Notes under the pieces: model-generated
The model's database searches: none
The model's input: the letters and a program-made list of their open reading frames with translations, nothing else
Told to the model about the DNA's origin: nothing
Made by a program: the position numbers and the translations under genes
Source of the DNA: an uncultured Chloroflexia bacterium
GTDB lineage: Bacteria > Chloroflexota > Limnocylindria > Limnocylindrales > CSP1-4
Direction: 5' to 3'
DNA: 64,000 bases
Assembly (NCBI GenBank): GCA_963819655.1
Contig: CAWFXA010000002.1
Span: 512,001 to 576,000, forward strand
Part shown: in pieces, positions 44,346 through 54,924 of the stretch
How positions within the stretch are numbered: position 1 is the stretch's first letter
Layout: the number at the start of each line of letters is the position of its first letter

Positions 44346-45091
44346 CAATCCTCGGGCATCCGGATCCAACCCTGGCGCATCGCGTACACAACGGCCTGGG
44401 TCCGGTCGTTGACCGACAGCTTGCGCAGGATCGAGCTCATGTGGTTCTTGACGGTCTGCTCGCTGATCGTCAGCGCGTAGGCGACCTGCTTGTTGGTCAT
44501 GCCCTGCGCGATGTTGTCGAGGATCTCGACTTCGCGCGGGGACAGTGGGGCGAAGATCGGTGCGGCCTCCTGGCCGTAGACCGCCAGCTCGCGGAACTCC
44601 TTGAGGACACGCGTCGCGACCGCCGGCTTCGAGAAGACCTTGTCGTTGATGAGGAACTCGCCATCGGCGACGCGCCGGATGATCGTGACGAGATCGTCCG
44701 GTCCGACGTCCTTCAGGATGAATGCCGCGGCACCCGCCTTGATGGCGTCGAACAATGAGTCCTCGTCCTCGTTGACCGCGAGGACGATGATCCCCGTTGC
44801 CGGCAGCTCGCGCTTGATGCGCTGGGTCGTCTCGATCCCGCCGGGCGCCGGCAACGACAGGTCCATGAGGATGATGTCGGGCGACGTCTCGAGGGCACGG
44901 TCGACCGCGCTCCGCGAGTCCTCGGCCTCACCGACGACCTCGAGGTCCGACTCCCGAGAGAGGATGTTGGCGATCCCGACCCGGAACAGGGCATGATCGT
45001 CGACGATCAGGATCCGGGTCATCTCGCCGGCGGCGCGGCGGTCGGGACCACCCCGACGCCGATCCGGCCCGCCGTATTCGGTTGCGCTCAT
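44345..45091 (-). CDS. NarL/DegU family response regulator
   Basis: IVDDH, LMD, LSPRE..G.TNK..A..L.ISEQTVKNH LuxR HTH. Confidence 0.95.
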   Translation of the reverse strand: MSATEYGGPDRRRGGPDRRAAGEMTRILIVDDHALFRVGIANILSRESDLEVVGEAEDSRSAVDRALETSPDIILMDLSLPAPGGIETTQRIKRELPATGIIVLAVNEDEDSLFDAIKAGAAAFILKDVGPDDLVTIIRRVADGEFLINDKVFSKPAVATRVLKEFRELAVYGQEAAPIFAPLSPREVEILDNIAQGMTNKQVAYALTISEQTVKNHMSSILRKLSVNDRTQAVVYAMRQGWIRMPED

Positions 45092-45786
45092 CCGTTCTCC
45101 TTTGCTCCCGTCAGGTCCCCCGTCGGGATCGCGAGCCGGACCACGGTACCGCCGTCCGGTCGAGATCGTACGTCGAAGCGGGCGCCGATCAGCTCGGCGC
45201 GCTCGTTCATGACCTGCATGCCGAAATTGCGGTGGCCACGTTTGGCCACCGTGCCCATATCGAATCCGCGACCATCGTCGCGGATCTCAAGGGTCCATTC
45301 ATCGCCGGTCACGTCGGTGCTGACCATGACGGTCGAGGCGCCGGCGTGCTTGCGAACATTCTGAAGAGCCTCCTGCGCGACGCGCAGGACAACGGTCCGT
45401 TGTCGATCGTCGAGTCGATCGCTCGGGGCTCGAAGGTCGGTCGTGACGCCCATCCGCGTCGCCGATCGAAGACCATCGACGGCATCGACGAGGGCGACGT
45501 CGAGGCCGGCCGCATCGACCGTCGCCGGACGCAGCTCGGAGATGAACTCGCGGACGTTGGCCAGCTCGCGACGCAGCAACGCGCGGAGCTGACGGAGCCC
45601 GACCATCGCCGCGTTCGGGTCGCGCTCGATCAGACGTTCGATGTCGTCGACCTCGAAGATGGCGTTCGTGAGGGCCTGGGCCGGACCGTCGTGGATCTCG
45701 CGCCCGATCCTGGCTCGTTCGGCGTCAAGCGCCTCGAGGACCATCGCGGCGGCGTCCATCGGGTTCGGAGTATAGGGCTCGGTCAT
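45088..45786 (-). CDS. sensorless HisKA_3 histidine kinase
   Basis: ERARIGREIHDGPAQ, QEALQNVRKHA, DDGRGF, FGM..M.ERA, GGT. Confidence 0.9.
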   Translation of the reverse strand: MTEPYTPNPMDAAAMVLEALDAERARIGREIHDGPAQALTNAIFEVDDIERLIERDPNAAMVGLRQLRALLRRELANVREFISELRPATVDAAGLDVALVDAVDGLRSATRMGVTTDLRAPSDRLDDRQRTVVLRVAQEALQNVRKHAGASTVMVSTDVTGDEWTLEIRDDGRGFDMGTVAKRGHRNFGMQVMNERAELIGARFDVRSRPDGGTVVRLAIPTGDLTGAKENG

Positions 45787-47435
45787 GGGGTATTCCCCGT
45801 GCAGCCGATCTCGTACACGGTCGTCGTCGCGAGCGGATCGACACCCGTCGCCCGTGTACGGACCGAGATCGATCGGGGTGAAGCACTCCGCGCCAGGAAG
45901 ACCCGCCCGCAGGTCGCCCGGCCAATGCTTGCCTTCCGGGCTGGTCAGGATCAGGTAGCGCGTGCCGGTGAACGTCGCGGCCGAGATCGAGCACATCCGT
46001 CGGCGGCTCGTCCGGCAGCGCCAGCGTCGAGACGCGTTGCGTCTCGGCCACCCAGATCGGAAAGTTGCTCATCAGGCGGAGGCCGGGCGTATCGACCGGA
46101 TGACCTGCTTCGGCCAATCGGGGTCCGAGCTCCCCGTACGTCGCCGCGGTCATCCGCGATCCCGTGCCGAACGACGGCAAGAGCACGACCGAGAACAGGA
46201 GCGACGTCGCGACACTGCCGACCATCCCGACCCACGTCGATCTCGCTTGGTCCATGCCATGCGACGCCCGAGACGCGTGATGGCTGCGTCGATCGCCAAG
46301 ATCGCCGAAAGGACGACAAGGACGTGCACAGGGCCGGCCGCGTGGAGGAACGTGCCCCATTGGGTCGCCGCCGGAAAGAGCAGGCTGGTGACGATGAACA
46401 TGATCAGACTGATCAGCGACGAGCGGCCGCAGTGCGAAGCCACGGCCCTGCCACGGCAGGGCAAGCAGGCCGAGGCACTGACATGGGCAGCCCGAGAAGC
46501 ACAAGCACGTTGAACAGGTTGTGCGCGAGGCCGGTCAGGCGGAGCTGAACGAGCCCGCCCGGGCCGAGCGCCAGATGGCGGGCGAGAGTCGGGGGATCGT
46601 TCCACGCGAAGATGTCGTACCCAGTCAGGTACAGGGCATTGGTGATGGCCTGGCCGGGCAGCGGGCTGCCGAACTCGCCCAGGTTCCGATAGGCCCACGG
46701 AGCGAATACGATGCAGCGCGACGACCGCCGACGATGGCGACGAGCCGGAGGCGCACAGATGCCGGGGCGTCGACGGATCGCCAGACGAGCCCCACCCAGA
46801 TCAGCGCCAACCAGATCGTTTCGTTGCGAGTCAGGGCACCCCAGCCCGAGCAGTACACCCACGGCGATGAGGCGCGGGTCGCGAGAACCGGGCGCCGCGT
46901 GGGTCTCGGAGCGATGCGGGTCATCAGCAGGCAGGCGCCGAGCACGATCGCGGCGAACAGCATGGTCGAGTCCGGGAGGGCCGAGTTGAGCACCATCGGC
47001 AGGTAGACGGCGCTCGTCAGCCCGGCCCCGAGCCCGACCCACCGCGAGCGTTCCACGTCGAACGCCCGTTCCGAGGCGACGTCGATCGCCAGGCGCCAGA
47101 TCAACACCGGGACGACCGCGCCGACGAGGACGCTCGAACTTTGCGCCGCCGCGAATGACGTCCCGAACAGGGCCATCGGGATGACCGCCAGGAATGTCGG
47201 CAGCGGGAGCCACACCTCGAATGCCGGGCGCGGGAAGATCGAGCGGCGGCGTCGCGTAGCTCCAGAGGGCGTCGGACACGAGGCCACGACCCTCGACGAT
47301 GTTGCGGGCCACCCCAACGTAGTACGCGGTGTCCTCGGGCTTCGGGAACACGATCTGTCCTGCGAAGTACGCCCGGACGACGAGGGCCACGAGAAAGACG
47401 AGCCCGGCCGACAGGACGGCTTCGCGACGGCTCAC
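45783..47435 (-). CDS. GT-C-type membrane glycosyltransferase (multiple frameshifts)
   Basis: PEDTAYYVGVARNI, WLPL, LTRNE, PW..RN...FGS across several frames. Confidence 0.7.
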
Positions 47436-49005
47436 GAGCCGGTCTCCACGGGGAAGATCGCGAACGTCGGCGGGCGTCCCTCGAGGAGGATCGGCTCGCC
47501 GAGCCAGGCAGGTCGGGATCCGTCGAGGACCGGCGCCATCGACTTGACACTGTCGTCACGGTCGAGCACGAGCCAGCTGATGTCGTACGCCTCGACGACC
47601 TTGTGGATGGCTTCTTGCGGGTCGTTGACGAGCACCACGCCGCCGCGTCCCGTCCAGTACTTGGTCCCCGCGGCGTCGATCGACATGACCCGGTCCGAGC
47701 TCGGTGCCGCGACCCGGTCGAGAGCATCCGCGATCCGCACGAACTTGTCCCGGCTGTCTGCCCACACACCGTGCACGAATGCCGACCCGACGGCGGCCGC
47801 GCCCGACCGCGAAGACCAGCGCGGCCCCGGTGAACGCAGTGGTCGCCGCCCCGACGTTCCATGTCGGGCGCCGAGTCGCGGCCCACGCCACCGTGAGCGC
47901 GATCCCTTCGAGGGCGAGCACGTACGAATGGGGCGCGAGGGCCACTGCCGAATGGATGAAGGTGCCGCCAGGGACATGCACGGCACTGACCAACGCGGAG
48001 AAGCCGAACAGCAGCGCTGCGTAGATGAAGAACGGTCCGAAGTCAAGCGAGCGACGGCGAGCCCAGCCGCCGATCGACCATGAACGGCGCGAGCACGAAC
48101 CCCGCCACCAAGGTCGTGTAGATCATCACGGCGGCGACGAGACCACCTAGCCGGCGAGGCGAGCAATGGTCCGATCCCGACGCCCAGCAGGTGCTCGAGG
48201 GTCGCTGGGGTCGTGATGCTGTTCCACTCGCCGATGTCGCGGATGAATAGCACCTTTCCCGAGGCCGTCGATGGCGAGATCGAGCCGAAGACCGCGAGCT
48301 GGCGGAGCCACCACGGCGCCATGACCAGGACGAATAGCGCTACACACGCGGCGGCCGCCGTCCAGGGGATCGCGCGACGCCGCCAGCGGTCCCAGAGGAA
48401 CGTGCAACCGAGGGCGGCGAGCACGAGCAGCCCGTCGTTGCGCGACAGCGTTGCGAGCCCGGCGAGGAGGCCTGCTACAGCGAATGCGCGCGGCGACCCC
48501 TTTAGCCCTCGGGCGCCCATCCAGAGGGCGCCGAGGACGAGCGGCTGGAAGAGCGAGAAGTTGTCTGGCTGGGCCATGTACACGACCGACATGACGGGGA
48601 TCGCCACCAGGAGGCCGGCCCCGACCGCGACCGAAGCCGATGCCCTGGCGTCCCGTGCCATCGCCCATGTCATCGGCGCCGCCAGGGAGCCGATCAGCGC
48701 GAACGGCAGTGCCGACGCCGATCGCCGTCGGACCGAGGACCGCCAGGAATGGGACCTGGACGAGCGAGGCGAGCGGCATCCAGTGTGCGTTCGACGGGAT
48801 CGGCAGGGTCGGATCCGACGGGGATACTGCCGCCGACCTCTGGGAAGATCCAGACCACATCGATGTTGAAGCCATGGCCAGCGACGAGGCTGCGCGCGAC
48901 TTCCACGTAGTAGAAGGAGTCAGGGTAGGCCGGGTCCGGGAAGTGCCATACGAGCACGAGGCGGACGACGAGGGCGAGCCCATATAGGACGATAGGGATA
49001 CGCAC
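47432..49005 (-). CDS. GT-C-type membrane glycosyltransferase, paralog of the adjacent gene (frameshifts)
   Basis: PDSFYYVEVARSL, HWMPL, LSRNDG, PWWLRQLAVFGS. Confidence 0.7.
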
Positions 49006-49121
49006 GGCCGGTGCAGCGTAGCACCGGGTCCTGGTCCTTCCGACCAGTACGAACGGGCTACCCAGGACGGCCGAATCGCGACCTGTCGATCTCGTCGCGT
49101 CCGAGCGTCACGCGTGTTCGA

Positions 49122-50270
49122 TCACGTCGCGCGAACCCAGCTCAGCTCAGGATCAGTGATCGGCCGCGGTTCACGGCCGGCGGACCCGCGGACCGTTCGG
49201 TGGCGACGGAACGGTCGCTCGACGTATTGGTACAGGACGATAGCCAGGGCCCCCGAGAGGGCGAGCGCGACGCCCACTCGAAGGACCGGATGCGACCCCT
49301 CGAGGACCGCGTTCAGCATCATGAACACAGGCACGTGGACGAGGTACAGCGAATACGAGCGCTCGCCGAGCCATCCAAGAGCGGGAGAGGCCAGACCCGT
49401 CCAGCGTTGTTCGCGTCGCAGAGCGCTCACGACCACACCCAAGGACGCGACCACGGCGATCGTGTACCCGGAGCCAGACCATCCCGGATTGACCAGCGGT
49501 ACGGTCGCCACGACGAGCAGGGTGATCATCGCGACGGGCCCGATCCACGATCCAGGTTGCCAAGCCGGCCATCGCGCACGGGCCGCCGCCAACGCGCAGC
49601 CGACAAGCAAGGCGTCCGCTCGGGTATCCGTCCCGAAGTAGATCCGGTCGCCCGGCGCCCCGGAATCGATCAGGACGGCCCGGACGGCCGTCGAGCCGAC
49701 TGCGAGCCCCGCAAGAACGCCGACGACCGTCCAGCTCGCCGGCTGTCGGAAGCGAGTGAGCACTGCGAACCCAAGCGGCGCGACGAGGTAGAACTGCTCT
49801 TCGATGCTCAATGACCATGCGTGGTTCCACAAACCCATCTGGTCGCCCATGGCCCGCGCCCAGTTCGCCACGTACGCCAAGGTCAGGACGGAGTCCTCGA
49901 CGACCCACCGAGTTTCTCCGCTGAGGACAGCGATCGCGCCGACCACCACCATCACGGCGACGAGGGCCGGGAGGAGACGCCGAGCGCGTCGGGCCACGAA
50001 GGCACGCAGGTCCACGCCACCGTTGGCTTCCCGTTCTGCGATCAGGAGCGACGTGATCAGGTATCCGCTCAGGACGAAGAAGAGTGTGACCCCGACCACA
50101 CCGCCGGACAGGATCGGCACGCCAGCGTGAAAGGCCAGCACGAGGATGATCGCAAGACCGCGGACACCGGAGATGGCAGGTTGCCAGGGGAGGCGCGTCG
50201 CCGACCCCCCAGCGCGACGTGATTCAGGCAATCGAAGACCGGCCCGATAGCTCCAGGCCGGTCTCGCCAC
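49122..50270 (-). CDS. acyltransferase-3 (OafA/OatA-like) O-acyltransferase
   Basis: GVRGLA..FH, GVTLFFVLSGYLIT, RRARRL, WSLSIEEQFY, SYSLYLVH; start uncertain. Confidence 0.9.
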   Translation of the reverse strand: MARPAWSYRAGLRLPESRRAGGSATRLPWQPAISGVRGLAIILVLAFHAGVPILSGGVVGVTLFFVLSGYLITSLLIAEREANGGVDLRAFVARRARRLLPALVAVMVVVGAIAVLSGETRWVVEDSVLTLAYVANWARAMGDQMGLWNHAWSLSIEEQFYLVAPLGFAVLTRFRQPASWTVVGVLAGLAVGSTAVRAVLIDSGAPGDRIYFGTDTRADALLVGCALAAARARWPAWQPGSWIGPVAMITLLVVATVPLVNPGWSGSGYTIAVVASLGVVVSALRREQRWTGLASPALGWLGERSYSLYLVHVPVFMMLNAVLEGSHPVLRVGVALALSGALAIVLYQYVERPFRRHRTVRGSAGREPRPITDPELSWVRAT

Positions 50271-50429
50271 TCGCTCGGCACGATGCTATCGGCGACCGGG
50301 CAAGTCACCGTGCCGTGAGCCTTGTCAGGCTCTCGCTACCCCAGAAGGCCGCATCGTCCCGTGTCGACGTACGGAATGCAAGCTGGTCGTTGCCGGGCCG
50401 CACCACCCTGAATGGGGTGCTGCGCCCTC

Positions 50430-51102
50430 TCAGGCGGGCGTTCTCGCGATGAACAGCACGTTGAAGTGCAGGAGCGAGTAACTGAGATGCTCGACGTGCC
50501 ACCCGGCCAGCATCTCGCGCACTTCGCCGGGAAGGTACTCGTTGTGGAAGGGCTCGCTGTGCGGGCAGGTGCTCGACAGGAAGCGGAGCTTCCAGATCAA
50601 AGCGCGTGCCGGCACGGATCCGACGAGGACACCCCCGGGCGTCAGGACCCGTTTGAATTCCGCCAGAGCGAGAGCGGGATCAGGGATGTGTTCGATGACC
50701 TCGGTGCAGAGGACCGTTCCGAAGCTTCCGTCGGCGAAGGGCAGGTGCTCGATGTCGCCTTCGACGACCTCGTGACCGGGGAGGCGCTCACGAAGCAGCG
50801 CGACGTTGCGCGGATTGATGTCGACCCCGACCGAGCCCGGGGGAAGGTGGCGCAGGTTCAGGCCGGTCCCGCACCCGGCATCCAGGATCGGTAACCCCCT
50901 GCGTGGCACTCTTCGCGATCAGCTTTCGGACGACGCGTGCCCTGTTGCGATGGAAGAAGGCCTCGAGTCCGCGGAGGTTGTCGGCAACGTCGACCCAGTC
51001 GTAGGTCTCGACGTCGCGGTAGTAATCCTTGACCCACTCAGACCAGGCCGCCGAGCCCGGCTCCAGGTCGATCCCGTGCGAGGCGTGGTCGTGCTGGTGC
51101 AT
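50430..51102 (-). CDS. class I SAM-dependent methyltransferase (frameshift near 50905)
   Basis: LDAGCGTG, LPFAD.SF, EVIEH, L.PGG; N-terminus in another frame with GAGGAG RBS. Confidence 0.8.
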
Positions 51103-51273
51103 CACTCCTCCAAGTCGTGGCGACCAGCGCAGCTTCAGGGTTCGGCCCTCCCTCAAACATCCACTCGATAGTCCTACGTCAAACGAGCATAGCCTTGGGG
51201 CGACGATGGGGCGGGCCGGATAGAACTTCTGGTGCATCGACCTGATGGACCTCTCCGGCCGAGACTCGCCGCC

Positions 51274-51417
51274 ATGGCCGATGGCATGTGGGCAGTCCTG
51301 GGCGCGACCCTGACGTTGATCGCGGGCTACGCGACCGCGTGGCTCGTCCGGCATGAGCTCGCGGTGCGCCGGTTCCGCGGGCAGGCACAGCAGGCGGGGT
51401 CAGGCGACCGGCGCTGA
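51274..51417 (+). CDS. small membrane protein
   Basis: 47 aa with one hydrophobic helix and a basic tail. Confidence 0.35.
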   Translation: MADGMWAVLGATLTLIAGYATAWLVRHELAVRRFRGQAQQAGSGDRR

Positions 51418-51459
51418 CGAGGCTCGTTCCTCGACCTCCGACCGACCTACGATGACCGC

Positions 51460-53700
51460 GTGAGACCCCGCGAGACGCTCGGCTGGATCGTCGTCGCGCT
51501 CCTCTTCATCGACCTGACGTTCTTCAGCGGCGCCTCCAACTTCCTGGCGGCACCACAGTCGCGCATCCTCAACCAGGTCCTGGTCCTCGGCGCGGTCGTC
51601 GTGGCCGGGTTCGTCGCCGTTCGTCGTCGCTCCGACCTGCGGTCGCCGCTCCTGCTGCCCGGCGCGGCCTGGGTGGCGGCAGTCGCCATCGCGACCCTCA
51701 CGAGCCAACGGCCCGCGGCGAGCCTCGAGGCGCTCGCCCTTCTCCTGCTCTGCGCCCCGGCCTATCTAATCGTCAAAGCGGTGCTCGCGGACCCAGCGCT
51801 TCGGCCGCGGATCGACTGGCTGGTCATCGTCGCGACGACTGTGTTCGTCGTCGCGTATCTGCTCCAGGCGCTCACCCAGTGGGCATCGTGGTGGTCGATC
51901 GCGGGCCTATCGATCCCACCGCTCCGCCCCGGCGACGTCGGGCTGACCGTGGGCACCGTCAACGCCGTCGCCCTGTACCTCGAGCTGCTCGCGCCGATCG
52001 CCGTCTGGCTGTCGTGGGTGCGCTGGCGGTCCCGACCATTCAGCATCGGGCTTGCGGTCCTCGCCGCTTTCGCCCTGCTCGTGACCGGTTCACGCGGGGC
52101 CTGGCTCGGGACCATCGGGGGCGCCGTGGTCCTCGGTCTCCTGGCGTGGCGCAGCGGGCGTGTCTCGATCCCGCAACGGCTGCGCTCCCGGCAGGGGTCG
52201 CTCCTCGTGATCGCACTGGGACTGCTGGGCGTGCTGCTCCTACCAGGTTCTGGTCGGGCGGATGCTCAGCGGCGACGCCGGGCGGGTCGAGCTGTGGTCG
52301 GCGGCGTGGTCGATGTTCGCCGGCTCGCCGATCACGGGCGTCGGCCCAGGCGCGTGGCCAAGCCTTCGGGCGTTGACGCCGATCTCGGACGACAACCTCG
52401 CCGTCCTCGCGACCAGTCACAACAGCATCCTGCAGATCCTCGCCGACACGGGGCTGATCGGTGCCCTCGCGGCTGTCTGGCTGGTCGTCGCGATCTGTCG
52501 CCTGGCGTGGCGTGCGGTCGGGCAGGCCGCGGACGCGGATGGGCGAGTCGACGGCTCTCGTCGCTTCGGCGAGCCTGGCGGCCGCCGGGCTCCACTCCGT
52601 GGTCGACATGCAGTTCCACCTTCCGGCGGTCGTGCTGCTCGTGCTCCACCTGGTGGCCCGACTCGAGCTGCTTGCCGGTGTCGCTCTCTCCCGCCAAGGT
52701 CCTGCGCCGCCGACCCGCGTCGTGCTCGGTGTCGCCGGGGCGGCCGTCGCTCGTCGGTGCCCTGCTGCTCGTCCCGATCGACCTCGCGATGGTCCGCGCG
52801 GCGCTCGGAAACAGCGCACTCGACCGGGGCGATGCCCAGACCGCGCTCGCCCAGTTCGAGGCGGCCGTCGGGCTCCACGACCTGCCTCCATACCGTCTCG
52901 GCCAGGCCATCGCGCGGGGCGAGACCGGAGACCTGGCTGGAGCTGCCGACGCCCTGGCGGCCCTCGATCGAGCCGAGCCATTCACGTTCGTGCTCGCTCA
53001 GGAGGCATCGCTCGCCGCCGATCCACGACCCTTCTGGGCGCGCGCCGACGCGGCCGGACCGTACGACCCGACGGCGACGGTGAACCTCGCCGCCGGACGG
53101 TTCTCGACGGACCGTGCTGCAGCGATCCGCGACCTGGCCGCGGCCATGGCCCAGGTGCCGCCGCTCGTGTATTCGGGACGACCGGCGAGCCTGTTCGACG
53201 ACGACGCCTGGGCGGACGCTCAAGAGGCGGCCATCGGCAGCATCGGCACTGCCGACCCGGTGACTGCCGCCGCGGTCGCACTGCTCGCCGGTCGGGCCGA
53301 GGACGCCGCCGCCCAACGATCGGCGGTCCCCGACGGCCCGGAGCGCCGTGCCTTGGATCTCCTCGCCACCGCGACCGCCGGTGGCACAGTCGACCTCGAG
53401 ACCGCTCGTGGATTGCTCAGCGAGGCGCCGGATTCGGCCGGCGTCCACACCGTGCTCTGGATGCTCGCGTTCCGGCTGGAATCCCAGCCGCTGATCGATG
53501 CGGTCAAGGCAGTCGCGGTGCCGCTCTTCTTCAACGTGCCCATCCCGCCGATGGAGCTCGTGACGGACGGTCGGGTCGACGCCGACTACTCGATGCGCCT
53601 GCCGCGCTGGCCTCAGGCGTCGGCCGGCCGGAACGGGCCCAAGCGCCCCTACATCGAGGGGTTCATCACCATCGAGCCCGTCTACCGGCCGAAGCCGTAG
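51460..53700 (+). CDS. O-antigen ligase / O-oligosaccharyltransferase-like (Wzy_C) protein with TPR-like C-terminus (internal frameshifts)
   Basis: TGSRGAWLG; GRVELW..P.TGVGPG..HNS.LQ..ADTG.IG in a shifted frame (52262 onward). Confidence 0.82.
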   Translation: MRPRETLGWIVVALLFIDLTFFSGASNFLAAPQSRILNQVLVLGAVVVAGFVAVRRRSDLRSPLLLPGAAWVAAVAIATLTSQRPAASLEALALLLLCAPAYLIVKAVLADPALRPRIDWLVIVATTVFVVAYLLQALTQWASWWSIAGLSIPPLRPGDVGLTVGTVNAVALYLELLAPIAVWLSWVRWRSRPFSIGLAVLAAFALLVTGSRGAWLGTIGGAVVLGLLAWRSGRVSIPQRLRSRQGSLLVIALGLLGVLLLPGSGRADAQRRRRAGRAVVGGVVDVRRLADHGRRPRRVAKPSGVDADLGRQPRRPRDQSQQHPADPRRHGADRCPRGCLAGRRDLSPGVACGRAGRGRGWASRRLSSLRRAWRPPGSTPWSTCSSTFRRSCCSCSTWWPDSSCLPVSLSPAKVLRRRPASCSVSPGRPSLVGALLLVPIDLAMVRAALGNSALDRGDAQTALAQFEAAVGLHDLPPYRLGQAIARGETGDLAGAADALAALDRAEPFTFVLAQEASLAADPRPFWARADAAGPYDPTATVNLAAGRFSTDRAAAIRDLAAAMAQVPPLVYSGRPASLFDDDAWADAQEAAIGSIGTADPVTAAAVALLAGRAEDAAAQRSAVPDGPERRALDLLATATAGGTVDLETARGLLSEAPDSAGVHTVLWMLAFRLESQPLIDAVKAVAVPLFFNVPIPPMELVTDGRVDADYSMRLPRWPQASAGRNGPKRPYIEGFITIEPVYRPKP

Positions 53701-53703
53701 GGA

Positions 53704-54924
53704 TCAGACGGCGGTCGCCACCGCGTCGACGACGCGGTCGACCTGCGTGTCGGTCATGCCCGGCCAGATCGGCAGGCTGATCGCGCCGGCGTAGGCGGCC
53801 TCGGCGTTCGGGAACTGTCCCGGTCGATAGCCCATCCGCCGGTAGAGCGGGTGCAGATGCAGCGGGATGAAGTGCACGCTCACGCCGATGCCCGCGGTCG
53901 TGAGCGCATCGATGGCCCGCGCCCGTCGTGACGCGAGCGATCGCAGGGACTCCGGCAGACCCGCCACACCGGGCAGGTCGAGGTCCACCTCGTCGGGGGT
54001 CTGCGCCTCGGGACCGATGCGGACGACGAACAGGTGCCAGGCGTGGCCGGGATCGTCGATACCGGGCGGGAGCACGAGGCGTCCTTCGTCCGCGCACTGC
54101 GCCAGCCGTTCAAGGTATCGCCGCGCGATGGTCGCCCGCGCCGCGCGCAGCTCCGCAGCCCGCTCGAGCTGGACGAGCCCGATCGCCGCGGCGAGGTCGG
54201 TCAGGTTGTCCTTGAAGCCCGCCGCCTCGATCTCGTAGTACCACGAGCCCGCGGCCGTGTACCGCTTCCAAGCGTCGCGGCCGATGCCGTGCAGGCGCAT
54301 CGTCCTCGCCCGGTCGGCCAGCGCCGCATCCTCGGTCGCGAGCATCCCGCCCTCGCCGGTCGTGATGGTCTTGGTGGCGTAGAAGCTGAAGGCGCCGGCC
54401 CGCCCGATCGTGCCCGCGAAGCGCCCGTCGAACTCCCCGACCGGCGATGGGAAGGCGTGTGCGGCGTCCTCCACGACCGGCACGTCCCCGGCCGCGTCGA
54501 GCAACCCGCGGAGGTCCGCCGGCAGGCCCCCGATATGGACGACTTCGATCGCGCGGGTTCGGTCGCTGATCGCCGCGGCGACATCCTGTGGCGCGACATT
54601 CGTCGTGGTCGGATCGACGTCCACCAGGATCGGCGTCGCCTTGAGGTACAGCGCCACCTCCGCCGATGCCGCGAACGTGTAGGTCGGCACGATCACCTCG
54701 TCCGACTCGCCGACGCCGATGCCCTCGAGAGCGAGGTGGAGTGCGGCCGTGGCGCTGTTTACGGCGACGGCGTGGCCCACGCCCGCATAGGCCGCGAAGG
54801 CTTCCTCGAACGCGACCGACCGGGCACCGGTGGTCAGCCAGCCCGACTCGAGGACGGCGATCGCGGCGTCACGTTCAGCCTCGCCGAGGGCGGGCCGGTG
54901 GAACGGGATCCGCTCGTCGGTCAC
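53704..54924 (-). CDS. DegT/DnrJ/EryC1/StrS sugar aminotransferase
   Basis: SGWLTTG, EDAAH, FSFYATKTITTGEGG. Confidence 0.93.
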   Translation of the reverse strand: MTDERIPFHRPALGEAERDAAIAVLESGWLTTGARSVAFEEAFAAYAGVGHAVAVNSATAALHLALEGIGVGESDEVIVPTYTFAASAEVALYLKATPILVDVDPTTTNVAPQDVAAAISDRTRAIEVVHIGGLPADLRGLLDAAGDVPVVEDAAHAFPSPVGEFDGRFAGTIGRAGAFSFYATKTITTGEGGMLATEDAALADRARTMRLHGIGRDAWKRYTAAGSWYYEIEAAGFKDNLTDLAAAIGLVQLERAAELRAARATIARRYLERLAQCADEGRLVLPPGIDDPGHAWHLFVVRIGPEAQTPDEVDLDLPGVAGLPESLRSLASRRARAIDALTTAGIGVSVHFIPLHLHPLYRRMGYRPGQFPNAEAAYAGAISLPIWPGMTDTQVDRVVDAVATAV

